Assembly (NCBI GenBank): GCA_046498225.1
Contig: JAWOBF010000035.1
Coordinates: forward strand, 1-31,039
Origin: Candidatus Aegiribacteria sp.
GTDB taxonomy: Bacteria > Fermentibacterota > Fermentibacteria > Fermentibacterales > JCC-6
Length of the DNA: 31,039 nt
Reading direction: 5' to 3'
How positions within the stretch are numbered: position 1 is the stretch's first letter; every line of letters starts with the position of its first letter. Both the position numbers and the translations under genes were made by a program. The notes beneath the pieces were generated by a model. It ran no database searches, was not told the DNA's origin, and saw only the letters and a list, made by a program, of their open reading frames with translations. Below are positions 8,636 through 18,147 of this stretch, piece by piece.

Positions 8636-9927
8636 TGAAAACAGCCCGGAAGAGAAGGCTTCAAGGGGTCCTGCTCATCTGGGCCGCCCTTCTGGCCCTG
8701 GTCTTCAGCGGCAGGATGTACACCACGGATGTCCTGGCACAGTACGAGGTGGCCGGATCCCTTACGGGAATGAGACCCTTAATGACGGTTTCGGGTGATT
8801 TCGGCTGGACCGTTGAGGGTACGAGACCGGGGCATTTCGTGCCCCACGGCGTCGGATTCTCAGTTCTGCTGGTGCCCGCGGCCCTGGTGGGAAGCTTTCT
8901 GGGCCTTCAGGCCGGCAAGGTGACCGCCGCCCTTATCAATTCCGGCCTCAGCCTGGCACTGGTGGGATACTGGTACGCGGTGGCGTCCCGCAGGTATTCC
9001 CATGTACCCCTATCCCGATTCGCAGTGGTGGCAGTGGGAGGAATGGCGCTGGTCTACGGCAAAATGACCTTCGACGTCACCGCGGCGGCCGCCGCGGCAA
9101 TGGCGGCGCTCTACTATTATGGCTCCGGACGAACGGTCCTGGCCGGAGCGTTATTCGGGCTCGCCGTGCTGGTAAGGGCGGACAGCGTCCTGCTGTTTCC
9201 CCTTTTCCTGGGGAGCTGGAGGAAGGTCAGGGACCTTATGGCCGGCGCCCTTCCATTCATTCTGGCCATGCTCTTCGTCAACTGGTACAGGTTCGGCAGC
9301 CTCCTCTCCGACGGGCACGGGCAGGACCCCGCCATAGCCCTGGAACCTTTCAGGGGGGGCATACCCGGCCTTCTCCTGAGCCCCGGAAAGGGATTGCTCT
9401 ACTACGCGCCCCTGAGCTTTTTCGCCCTCTTCCACCAGAGGGAGTGGAGGCTGTGGACCCCCTTCGCCCTCTCCCTGGTCTTCCACGGCATGCTTCATGA
9501 CTGGACCGGAGGGACCGGCTGGGGCCCCCGGTTCCTGTTCCCCTCCCTTCCATTCCTTCTCCTGCCCCTGTGCAGGGAGGGCGCCGGCGGGAAAGCTTTC
9601 AGGGTGGTGGCGGCCCTGGGAGTGGCGGCGTGCCTGCCTGCCCTGTGGAGCAATCCCAGCCGGCTGGAGCAGTCGGCCGGGGCGGACCTGTTCGAGGAAC
9701 CCTCCCGCCAGGAGGTAATATGGACCTTCACGTCGTCCCCCCTTGTCCTGGCCGCCGGGAACTTCGGCCGGGGGGTGCCCGATGTCCTCGGGGCCACTGC
9801 CGCTCCCGGGGCGGGGTACCCTCCCTGGACCGGGGTTGCTCTGCAGTGGGTCCTCGCGGCGGGGCTGGCGCTGGGGGGACTGGCCCATCTGAGAGGGGCG
9901 GAGGAACGGGAAGGCGGCAGCGGGTGA
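8635..9927 (+). CDS. Multi-pass membrane GT-C-fold glycosyltransferase (lipid-phosphate-sugar dependent), putative
   Basis: The true start is GTG at 8635, overlapping the previous TAG. Roughly ten hydrophobic segments, an Asp just after TM1 (MYTTDV), and GT-C-like motifs GLAVLVR, VNWYRFGS, LLSPGKGLLYYAP and WTGGTGWGPRFLFPSLP. Confidence 0.7.
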   Translation: MKTARKRRLQGVLLIWAALLALVFSGRMYTTDVLAQYEVAGSLTGMRPLMTVSGDFGWTVEGTRPGHFVPHGVGFSVLLVPAALVGSFLGLQAGKVTAALINSGLSLALVGYWYAVASRRYSHVPLSRFAVVAVGGMALVYGKMTFDVTAAAAAAMAALYYYGSGRTVLAGALFGLAVLVRADSVLLFPLFLGSWRKVRDLMAGALPFILAMLFVNWYRFGSLLSDGHGQDPAIALEPFRGGIPGLLLSPGKGLLYYAPLSFFALFHQREWRLWTPFALSLVFHGMLHDWTGGTGWGPRFLFPSLPFLLLPLCREGAGGKAFRVVAALGVAACLPALWSNPSRLEQSAGADLFEEPSRQEVIWTFTSSPLVLAAGNFGRGVPDVLGATAAPGAGYPPWTGVALQWVLAAGLALGGLAHLRGAEEREGGSG

Positions 9928-11006
9928 AGATACTCCACCTGTCGCCGCAGAACTACACCGGCACCATAGACCTGTTCGTCCGGGGCCACAGGGCTCTGGG
10001 TCATCAGAGCAGGCTGGTAACCTTCTACAGGGCAGCCAACCAGTACAGGGAGGATATCTGTCTCGACCTGCCCTTCGTTGGACCGCAGAGCTGGCTCCTG
10101 AAACTTAAGAAACTCGTCCGGGCGGGAAGCCTGAGAGTACCGTACACCGGCACGACGGAGAGGATTTTCTGGTCTCCCAGCCCGGTGGAGAATGCCCTTC
10201 TGAGAATGAGGGACAGGATATGGACACCGAGAGTGGACAGGGCCGCGGAGGAATACGGCCTGTGGGACTACGATATCTACCACCTGGAGGGGGGAATGAG
10301 CTTCTACCGCGACGGCAGGGACGTGAAGGACCTGAAGAGGAGGGGGAAGAAGATAGTCTCCTACTACCATGGACTGGGCCTGAGGATGAGGGGCGCAATA
10401 AGGCCGGTATGGGAGGCCACCGACCTGAACCTCACCTGCGAGTTCGACCTCTACCAGAGGTATCCTGAAGTGGAATACCTCTTCCTGCCCTTCGACCGGA
10501 ACTCCGTCCCTCCCGCGAACCCGAAGGGGAAAAAGGTAAGGATATGCCACGCCCCCAGGATAAGGTCCGTGAAGGGGACCGACAGAATCATTCGGGCGGT
10601 GGAGGAGCTTTCAGGGAAGCTGCCGGTGGAGATGGTCCTCATCGAGAACATGACCAACGCAGAGGCCCTCAGGATGAAGTCCACCTGCCATATCGCCATC
10701 GACCAGGTGGCCGACGGTGATATGGGGTACGGGGTCAACTCACTGGAGAGCCTGTCCATGGGCGTGGCGACGGTAACCAACCTATCCCCGGCTTACCGGG
10801 AATTCATTCCGGACCATCCCTTCTTCCTCACCACACCGGAAACCCTGAAGCGGGACCTCAGGGAGCTGGTGCTGGACGGTGAGCTGAGGAAGAAGCATGC
10901 CGATGCGGGGCCGGCCTGGATAGACAGCAGGCACCACTGGCTCGCCGTTGCCCGGGATATTCACAGGCGTTACAGGGAACTGGGATGGGAGGGTCCGGAT
11001 GGCTGA
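9924..11006 (+). CDS. GT-B fold glycosyltransferase (GT4-like)
   Basis: GTG start at 9924 (GTGA overlap). MKILHLSP N-terminus, HAPRIRSVKGTDRII and IAIDQ...GYGVNSLESLSMG nucleotide-sugar-binding segment. Confidence 0.8.
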   Translation: MKILHLSPQNYTGTIDLFVRGHRALGHQSRLVTFYRAANQYREDICLDLPFVGPQSWLLKLKKLVRAGSLRVPYTGTTERIFWSPSPVENALLRMRDRIWTPRVDRAAEEYGLWDYDIYHLEGGMSFYRDGRDVKDLKRRGKKIVSYYHGLGLRMRGAIRPVWEATDLNLTCEFDLYQRYPEVEYLFLPFDRNSVPPANPKGKKVRICHAPRIRSVKGTDRIIRAVEELSGKLPVEMVLIENMTNAEALRMKSTCHIAIDQVADGDMGYGVNSLESLSMGVATVTNLSPAYREFIPDHPFFLTTPETLKRDLRELVLDGELRKKHADAGPAWIDSRHHWLAVARDIHRRYRELGWEGPDG

Positions 11007-12420
11007 AACCAGCCACAGCAGGGACCTCTCCAGGGAATCCGCCTTCTATGCCCTCGCCATGATATTCAGCGGCCTGGTGCAGGTGGCATTCCTTCCCTTC
11101 ATCTCCAGGTTCCTCACAGCGGAGGCGGCCGGCGAGCTGGGAACCCTGAGGATACTGGCGGAGGCCATAGCCGGCATCGTTGTCCTCGGCCTTCCCACCG
11201 CTCTGATAAGGGCCTGGCACCGCGGATGGGACCACCGGTCCATACTGGTGCGGAGCATCACCTTCCCTCTGGTCCCCACATTCCTTATGGCGGCGGCGGT
11301 CCTGCTCCTTCGAGGGTTCCTGGTTTCCTTCCTGAACCTTCGGGATCCGGCGTATCTCTCCCATGCCGTCATCCTTGGGGTTGGAATCGCCTACGTTCAG
11401 ATAGCTCTATCCCTGCCGCGGGCCCGGGGAATGGCGAAGACCTACCTGGCCATGCAGCTGGCCAGGGGTCTGCTGGCCCTGGGAATGCTTGTGGCGCTGC
11501 TCTATTACTTCCCCATGGATGCGGTAACCTCCTTCATGACCGCAAGATGGGCACCTTCCCTCCTGGTGGCCGTGCTTGCCGCGGTCATGATGTGGAGGAT
11601 AACTTCGGCTCCCGGGGAAGCCGGGCGAAAGGAAGGCCTGAACCGCGAGCTGCTGGGGTTCAGCCTGCCCCTGGTACCCGCCACCATCTCCATGATAGTC
11701 CTGTCGTCGGCGGACATGTTCATGCTCAGGAGCATCTACCCCCGTATGGCGGAGAGCGGCTACTACGAATGGGCAAGCAGGGCCTGCCTCATACTCATGC
11801 CGATGATACTCGGGTTCAACATGGCCTGGAAAAGGTACATATTCAGAAAGAAGAGGACAGGGGGTACACTGGGAGAGCTGGGGAGGGCCGGCCTTCTCTT
11901 CATGGTCCTGGTCAACTGGATGTCACTTGTGCTTGCCATGTCCTCGCAGTGGCTGGTGCCCATGGTGGGAGGAGCTGCCTACCTGCCGGCCGCCTCGGTG
12001 CTTCCCACTCTGGCCGGGGCCGGGGCCCTCTACGGTCTCTTCATGCTATCCCAGACCGGCTGCCTTCTCACCGGTCAGACCAGGTTCATAGCCTGGATGA
12101 CCCTTTTCGGGGCCCTGCTGAACATCGGTTTCAATTTCCGTCTCATTCCCGTGGCCGGAGCTCTGGGAGCGGCTTTCGCCACCCTGGCCACCAACCTCTT
12201 CATGGCCCTGAGCCTTTTCTGGCTGGGAAGAAAGGTCTTCCCCATTAGCTTCTTCGTGGTGATCCTCACGGTGATACCTCCGGTGGTCCTCGGGCCGCTG
12301 GCCACCCTCGGTCCGGGATGGAGGGCGGGGCTGGTCCTTCTTGCAACGGCGGTCACTCTTCTGGTGATGGTCTATCTGAGGGCCCTGGGGACCCGTCTGG
12401 CGGAGGTGAGCGGGGAGTGA
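10999..12420 (+). CDS. wzx: Wzx-type oligosaccharide flippase (MOP superfamily)
   Basis: About 12-14 TM segments; FLPFISRFLT.E..G.L, LGLPTALIR, LLGFSLPLVP, SADMFML, GYYEWA and LNIGFNFRLIPVAGALGAAFAT. Confidence 0.85.
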   Translation: MAETSHSRDLSRESAFYALAMIFSGLVQVAFLPFISRFLTAEAAGELGTLRILAEAIAGIVVLGLPTALIRAWHRGWDHRSILVRSITFPLVPTFLMAAAVLLLRGFLVSFLNLRDPAYLSHAVILGVGIAYVQIALSLPRARGMAKTYLAMQLARGLLALGMLVALLYYFPMDAVTSFMTARWAPSLLVAVLAAVMMWRITSAPGEAGRKEGLNRELLGFSLPLVPATISMIVLSSADMFMLRSIYPRMAESGYYEWASRACLILMPMILGFNMAWKRYIFRKKRTGGTLGELGRAGLLFMVLVNWMSLVLAMSSQWLVPMVGGAAYLPAASVLPTLAGAGALYGLFMLSQTGCLLTGQTRFIAWMTLFGALLNIGFNFRLIPVAGALGAAFATLATNLFMALSLFWLGRKVFPISFFVVILTVIPPVVLGPLATLGPGWRAGLVLLATAVTLLVMVYLRALGTRLAEVSGE

Positions 12421-13352
12421 GACCGGAGCTGTCCCTGCAGATACCGGTGAAGGACGGGGGGGAGGATTTCGAACGCTGCCTGGCGAGCCTCAGGGGACAG
12501 AGGACGGAAGGGCGTCCCTGGGAGCTGGTGATAATCGATGACGGCAGCGAGGTCCCGGTGCTGGAGCAGTTCGAGATAACATTCCCGGATACGGTCAGCG
12601 TGAATGTCATCAGACTGGAGGATGGCGGAAACAGACCGGCTGCCAGGAACGCCGGATGGCGGGCCTGCACCTCTCCGGTCTCCCTGCTGTCCGATGGAGA
12701 CATCCTCTTTCCTCCGGACATAGTCCTCCGGCATATCACGGCCCACCGTGAAGGCAGGGGGGACGTGGTCATGGGAGCGAGGGTGAACGGCTGGATGAAG
12801 GATGCCACTCCATGGCAGAAGTGGTTCGATTCCAGGGGTATGGGAGAAAAACCATCCGGACCGTTCCCGCCTCGGTATTTCGTCACCGGCAATCTGAGCA
12901 TCAGGACGGACCTCCTGAGGAAAACCGGCGGCTTCGATACCGCCATAGACCGCTACGGCGGAGAGGACACGGAATTCGGCCTGAGGCTGTCCGGACTGGA
13001 ACCGGTGATGTTCTGGGATCCTGAACTGAGGGTTTACCATCTTGACAGGGTTACCGTTCGGGAGCATTCAAGAAAAATGGTGGAATACGGCGGGTCCGGT
13101 CTGAAATACACGCTGAAGAAACATCCGGAGGCGGAGGGAATGCTGGGGAGCAACTGGGTGAAACCCCTGCTGGCCGCTCCCGCCGACCCCGGTACCGTGG
13201 GCATGAGACTTCTGGTCAGCATAGTCCTTCGCCCGCGGGTCTATCGAATTGTCCTGAGGTGGATGGAGAGGTTCGGCGCACCCGCTTTCCTGTTCACCTT
13301 CCTCTCGGTTGGGGGATGTCTCATGGGTCTGGAGGGCAGGAACTTTGAGTAG
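12417..13352 (+). CDS. Glycosyltransferase family 2
   Basis: GTG start at 12417. SLQIPVKD, IIDDGS, AARNAG, DxD motif (SDGD), TGNLSIR and GGFD...YGGEDTEFGLRL. Confidence 0.88.
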   Translation: MRPELSLQIPVKDGGEDFERCLASLRGQRTEGRPWELVIIDDGSEVPVLEQFEITFPDTVSVNVIRLEDGGNRPAARNAGWRACTSPVSLLSDGDILFPPDIVLRHITAHREGRGDVVMGARVNGWMKDATPWQKWFDSRGMGEKPSGPFPPRYFVTGNLSIRTDLLRKTGGFDTAIDRYGGEDTEFGLRLSGLEPVMFWDPELRVYHLDRVTVREHSRKMVEYGGSGLKYTLKKHPEAEGMLGSNWVKPLLAAPADPGTVGMRLLVSIVLRPRVYRIVLRWMERFGAPAFLFTFLSVGGCLMGLEGRNFE

Positions 13353-14271
13353 AACTGAAGGTCTGCTTCGGCTGATTGAGGAGAACTGTCCCGGCGCCGC
13401 CGAACGGGTCCTGCTGAGCAGCCTTACCACATGGCGTACCGGAGGCCCTGCGGTCTCCGTTCAGGTCCGGTCGGAGGAGATGCTGGCCGGTCTGCTGGAG
13501 CTTGCCTGGAGAGAGGGGATACCATGGTACGTCCTGGGCCGGGGCTCCAACGTCCTGGCGGACGACCGGGGATGCGAAGAGCTGGTAATCAGACTGGGCG
13601 GCCAGCTTCACCGAAGCCGCTGGAACAGGAACGGCGGGTACTGGACCCTTCGAAGCGGAGCGGGGGTCCGCCTTCCCTCCATGTCCGGCGCGGCCTGTAC
13701 CAGGGGAGCTTCCGGGCTTGAGTTCGCGGTGGGCATTCCGGGCACCGTGGGAGGCGCTCTCTTCATGAACGCCGGGGCCTACGGAAGCCGGATATCCAAC
13801 CCGCTGGTCAGGCTGACGGCATTGGACAGAAAAGGCTCCCGGCATATTATTGAGGAAAAGGACTGCCGCTTCGGCTACAGGTCCAGCAGGTTCCAGGAAG
13901 AGGACTGGATAATTACCGGAGCCGAATTCAGGCTGGAAAGGGAAGACCCGGCCCTTCTGCGCCGGGAGGCCAGGAGGATACTGCAGGTCCGCAGGGACAA
14001 GTTCCCCCTGGAGTACCCGAACGCCGGAAGCGTATTCAGGAAGCCCCCGGAGGGCATACCTCCCGGGAAGCTCATCGAGGACGCGGGTCTGAAGGGACTT
14101 TCCGCCGGCGGCGCCATGGTGTCGCCGAAACACGCCAACTTCATAGTCAACACCGGAACCGCCACTTCGAAGGACATAGCGGAACTGGTGAACAGGGTCA
14201 GGGAAGCGGTCCTGGCCCGGACAGGAATTACGCTGAAGGAGGAGATACGCTATCTTGGCCGGAAAAGATGA
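13345..14271 (+). CDS. murB: UDP-N-acetylenolpyruvoylglucosamine reductase (type II MurB)
   Basis: TTWRTGGPA, LGRGSNVL, GLEFAVGIPGTVGGALFMNAGAYG, FGYRSSRF, PNAGSVF, KHANFIVN and LKEEI. TTG start at 13345. Confidence 0.93.
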   Translation: MSRTEGLLRLIEENCPGAAERVLLSSLTTWRTGGPAVSVQVRSEEMLAGLLELAWREGIPWYVLGRGSNVLADDRGCEELVIRLGGQLHRSRWNRNGGYWTLRSGAGVRLPSMSGAACTRGASGLEFAVGIPGTVGGALFMNAGAYGSRISNPLVRLTALDRKGSRHIIEEKDCRFGYRSSRFQEEDWIITGAEFRLEREDPALLRREARRILQVRRDKFPLEYPNAGSVFRKPPEGIPPGKLIEDAGLKGLSAGGAMVSPKHANFIVNTGTATSKDIAELVNRVREAVLARTGITLKEEIRYLGRKR

Positions 14272-15223
14272 ATTGACGGGTAAGCCCCTCCCTTCGAAGG
14301 TCGAGTTCCCCCCCGGCTCCATTCTGGTTACGGGGGCGGCGGGGTTCGCGGGGTCACATCTGATGCGTGAACTCGAGATGGGCGAAGGGGACGCGGCGGT
14401 GGACCTGACCGATGATTTCCCGGCGCCGGCGGGCGTCCGCAAGGTAGCCTGGCGGCTGCCATCCCCCCACCCGGATGAGCTGGGGGCATTCCGTTGCATA
14501 GTTCACCTGGCGGCCATCAGCTCTGTCTCCGGAACGATGAACGACATGCGCCGCGCATTCGAGGTCAATCTCATGGGCACCATCTCCGTTCTGGAATACG
14601 CCGCCGCCCGGTGCCCAGGGGCGAGGATACTCCTGGTAAGCTCCGCCGAGGTCTACAGGCCCTCACCCCGACCCATGGACGAGGACTGGGAAATTGGCCC
14701 CATCAACCCCTACGGAAGCTCGAAGGCGTCGGCGGAGATAACCGCCTTCCAGATGGCCGGAAATCACGGCCTCGACCTGGTGATTGCCCGTCCCTTCCCT
14801 CACCTGGGACCGGGACAGTCGGAGAACTTCGCGCTTCCATCCTTCTGCAGGAGGATAATCTCCGCAAGAAGGGAGGGGACCCGTTCCATCAGGGTGGGAA
14901 ACCTCAGCCCGGTGAGGGACTATCTGTACGTGTCGGACGTGGTACGGGCCTACCGCTGCATACTGGGCAGGGGGGGGTCCGGAAGCGTGTACAACGTCTG
15001 CAGCGGAACCGGATGCAGTATGGCCGACATGGTGATGATGCTGATGGACATAGCCGGGGTCAGCCTGGAGCTGGAAGCGGACCCGGAACTCACCAGACCG
15101 GTGGACGTCGAGTTCCAGGTGGGAGACCCCTCACGGATAAGGTCACAGCTGGGATGGAGCCCGGAGGTCGACAGGATCGAAGGCATGAGAAGACTCTTCT
15201 CATGGTGGGAGGCAAGAACATGA
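14255..15223 (+). CDS. NAD(P)-dependent nucleotide-sugar 4-keto reductase, Rmd-like (GDP-mannose 4,6-dehydratase/SDR family)
   Basis: ILVTGAAGFAGSHL, VSSAEVY, PINPYGSSK (YxxxK), RPFPHLGPGQ, VGNLSPVRDYLYVSDVVRAY and YNVCSG. AAGGAGG upstream of the TTG start. Confidence 0.8.
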   Translation: MAGKDELTGKPLPSKVEFPPGSILVTGAAGFAGSHLMRELEMGEGDAAVDLTDDFPAPAGVRKVAWRLPSPHPDELGAFRCIVHLAAISSVSGTMNDMRRAFEVNLMGTISVLEYAAARCPGARILLVSSAEVYRPSPRPMDEDWEIGPINPYGSSKASAEITAFQMAGNHGLDLVIARPFPHLGPGQSENFALPSFCRRIISARREGTRSIRVGNLSPVRDYLYVSDVVRAYRCILGRGGSGSVYNVCSGTGCSMADMVMMLMDIAGVSLELEADPELTRPVDVEFQVGDPSRIRSQLGWSPEVDRIEGMRRLFSWWEART

Positions 15224-17394
15224 ACCTGCTTATGATATTTTCGGTCATTCTTACCGGCAGGATATCCGAATGGGACCATTACACCCACTTCGGCGGAGTC
15301 AGCGATATCCTGGTGGAGGACAGCTCGGTGACGGCGGCCACCACCGGAGGCGTAGCTTTCGGGACCCTGGGGTCCGGAAGCGTTACCTGGGATTCCACAT
15401 GGACCTGCCCCGGGAACCTTTCCCACAGTGACGCCAGGTGTCTGGCCAGGGACAGCGCCGGCGATCTGTGGGTCGGCACCAATGGCGGAGGGATAGATGT
15501 ATTCACCGCCGAAGGCGGCTTCCAGCACTTCGGTCAGCTGGAAGGCCTTCCCATCTCGCTGCAGATAAGCTGCATACTCCCTGATACGACTGTCTGGGCC
15601 GGTTCCACGGAAGGTCTGTGCAGCATGGACCTGGGCTATTTCAATATCTGGACCGTCTTCAGTACTCAGGGAGGTCTTCCATCGGACATAATAAACTGCG
15701 TGGCGAAGGCTGATTCCGGCCTGCTTGTGGGAACAGCCAACGGCCTGGTGATGCTCAGGGCCGGAGAGCCTCCCGGCCAGGAGGCATCATGGCAGACATT
15801 CCATTCCATGGAGAACCTCATAATTCAGGACGTACTGGTGCTGGAAACCGGCGCCTGGGCGGCCACAACCGACGGGCTCTATTACACTGAAGGGGATTCC
15901 GTCTGGAAGAAGGACCTCTCCTATCCCGGGGATTCGCCCATATCCCTGGCGTGGCTGGACGGCAGCCTGGCCGTTGGAGGGAAGGGAAACATGGCCATTC
16001 TGAAGGACTCGGAATGGACAATCAGCTACGCGGGGCTGGGGGGGCAGGTGGTTCAGGACGTACACTGGCTGACAAATGATCTCATGGTCATCGGCCAGCA
16101 CAGCGACCTCGCAGTGAACAGGGCGGCCGGCGCCGGCGTCGGAGTGGGATATGCCGGGTCATGGTCATCTTCCAGACCGCAGGGAGCGCCTTCGAACGAT
16201 CTTCTCAGTGTGGCGGTGGACTCGCGGAACGATGTCTGGGTTACCACCAACTCCCGAGGAGCGGCGGTCCTCTGTGAGAGCGGATGGGTGGATTTCTTCG
16301 AAGAGCTTCCCAGCAGGAACCAGCTGTTCGCATGCGCCGCGGACAGGTCAGGCGGAGTGTTCCTGGCCCCGTGGCATTTCGGCGTCACCTGGCTGGACTG
16401 GAAGGGTACCCCGGACAGGAGCGATGACGAAGTCATTACCTTCAACGCTTCCAACAGCGAAATGCTCAATGACCAGGTAAGGGAGATAGCGGTATCCTCA
16501 TCCGGCGATGTATGGTTCGCGGGGGAAGCCTACTGGGCAACCCCCTCCGAACCCAGCGGGGTTTCCAGGCTCTCCTGGGACCCGGGCCAGTTCGAGACCT
16601 CTTCCTGGAGCACCTTCGAACCCTCCGACGGGCTTCCTTCCGGCTCCGTCAGATCGGTGGAGACCACCACCTCTCCCCGGAAAGCCTGGATGGGCACGCA
16701 GGAGGGGCTGGTTCTGGGCGATATCCAGTCCGGGATGGTGACGGATCAGTACAGCTCGTCAAGCGGACTGCCCTCCAGCGATGTGCAGTCGCTGGCACTG
16801 TCCAGGGACGGCAGGCTTTTCGTGGGGACCTCTTCCGGACTTGCCGTGATAGATCTGCAGACCGGTAACGTTTCGGAGTTCACCGAAGTGACCGGCAGCG
16901 TGGATATGCTGGACTTCGACAACCTGTCCGCCCTCTGGGCGGCGGGGAGCAACGGACTTTTCAGGATACTGCCCGACGGTTCAACGGAGAACTACACTAC
17001 GATGAACTCCCCGCTCCAGTCGCTTGACATCCGCCACGCCGCCGCGGACGAGGACAACGGGTACATCTACCTGGCCACCGACCATGGCCTGTGGCGACTG
17101 CATCTTGAACAGGGAATGAGCGGCAGCCTGGGGTCTGCCACCGTTTACCCCAATCCATTCACTCCCGGGGAGGGCAGGGTGATGGGGGTGGCCGGACTGC
17201 CGTCGGAAGCGTTCGATATACAGCTTTTCGACCTGACGGGTGTTCTCGTCTACGAGTCCCTTGCCCGGTACAGGGATGATTTCGCATGGGACGGCACGGA
17301 CCTCGACGGGGGGACGGTGGCGTCCGGGACGTATATCGTAAGGATAACTCAGGGCGGGGCTGACAGGTACGTGAAGCTTGCAATCGTCAGATAG
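15220..17394 (+). CDS. Secreted beta-propeller repeat protein with T9SS-type C-terminal domain (PorZ-like, paralog 2)
   Basis: The true start is ATG at 15220 (ATGA overlap, GGAGG SD). Blades LWVGTNGGG, GGLPSDII, LLVGTANGL, DGLPSGSV, GLPSSDV...LFVGTSSGL and NSPL...IYLATDHGL; CTD VYPNPF...IQLFDLTGVLV...WDGTDLDGGTVASGTYIV...KLAIVR. Confidence 0.8.
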   Translation: MNLLMIFSVILTGRISEWDHYTHFGGVSDILVEDSSVTAATTGGVAFGTLGSGSVTWDSTWTCPGNLSHSDARCLARDSAGDLWVGTNGGGIDVFTAEGGFQHFGQLEGLPISLQISCILPDTTVWAGSTEGLCSMDLGYFNIWTVFSTQGGLPSDIINCVAKADSGLLVGTANGLVMLRAGEPPGQEASWQTFHSMENLIIQDVLVLETGAWAATTDGLYYTEGDSVWKKDLSYPGDSPISLAWLDGSLAVGGKGNMAILKDSEWTISYAGLGGQVVQDVHWLTNDLMVIGQHSDLAVNRAAGAGVGVGYAGSWSSSRPQGAPSNDLLSVAVDSRNDVWVTTNSRGAAVLCESGWVDFFEELPSRNQLFACAADRSGGVFLAPWHFGVTWLDWKGTPDRSDDEVITFNASNSEMLNDQVREIAVSSSGDVWFAGEAYWATPSEPSGVSRLSWDPGQFETSSWSTFEPSDGLPSGSVRSVETTTSPRKAWMGTQEGLVLGDIQSGMVTDQYSSSSGLPSSDVQSLALSRDGRLFVGTSSGLAVIDLQTGNVSEFTEVTGSVDMLDFDNLSALWAAGSNGLFRILPDGSTENYTTMNSPLQSLDIRHAAADEDNGYIYLATDHGLWRLHLEQGMSGSLGSATVYPNPFTPGEGRVMGVAGLPSEAFDIQLFDLTGVLVYESLARYRDDFAWDGTDLDGGTVASGTYIVRITQGGADRYVKLAIVR

Positions 17395-17412
17395 AACCGG
17401 GACAGGTGTAAT

Positions 17413-18147
17413 ATGAAAGGTGTTGTACTCGCAGGCGGCCTTGGGACCAGGCTGCGTCCCCTGACCAGCATAACCAACAAACATCTGCTTCCTGTATATG
17501 ACCAGCCGATGATATTCTATCCACTGCAGAAGCTGGCGCAGGCCGGTATAGAGGATGTCATGCTGGTGACAGGGGGCGGCAGCGCGGGTGATTTCCTCAG
17601 GCTTCTCGGAGATGGTTCGGAGTTCGGTTTCCGAACGCTGAACTACGCCTATCAGGTAAGGGAGGGAGGCATTGCTGAAGCCATCGGTCTCACCAGGACC
17701 TTTATCGGAGGTGACAAGTTCGTGGTCATACTGGGGGATAACATCCTGGAGGACCCCCTGGATGAGAAGGTGGCCGCATTCGACCGTCAGGAAGAGGGAG
17801 CTCGCATCATGCTCAAGGAAGTGGAGAATCCCAGCGATTACGGCGTGGCTCTTCTGGATGGAAGCAGGGTCGTCTCCATAGAGGAAAAGCCGGAACACCC
17901 GCGGAGCCGTTACGCCGTGATAGGCGTTTACATGTACGACAGCTACGCTTTCGAGGTAATAGACAGGCTGGAGCCCTCCGCCAGGGGGGAACTGGAAGTG
18001 ACCGACATCAACAACGCCTATCTCCGCAGAGGAATGCTCCACGCCGACATAGTGGAAGGCTGGTGGGCCGATTCCGGGTGCAGCATCGACGGCCTTCTTC
18101 AGGCGGGCATAAGGGCCCGCCAGCTTCGAGGAGGGAGCAGCTCATGA
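17413..18147 (+). CDS. rmlA: Glucose-1-phosphate thymidylyltransferase (short RmlA/SpsI type)
   Basis: GVVLAGGLGTRLRPLT, NKHLLPVYDQPMIFYPL, LGDN, EEKP and PSARGELEVTDINNAYL. Confidence 0.92.
   Translation: MKGVVLAGGLGTRLRPLTSITNKHLLPVYDQPMIFYPLQKLAQAGIEDVMLVTGGGSAGDFLRLLGDGSEFGFRTLNYAYQVREGGIAEAIGLTRTFIGGDKFVVILGDNILEDPLDEKVAAFDRQEEGARIMLKEVENPSDYGVALLDGSRVVSIEEKPEHPRSRYAVIGVYMYDSYAFEVIDRLEPSARGELEVTDINNAYLRRGMLHADIVEGWWADSGCSIDGLLQAGIRARQLRGGSSS

Noticed and set aside
14494..15219. Apparent 242-aa N-terminal extension making propeller paralog 2 a 966-aa protein
   Set aside because: It overlaps the Rmd-like gene in another frame and is Arg/Gly/Pro-rich noise; ATG 15220 has an SD, an ATGA overlap and a signal peptide.
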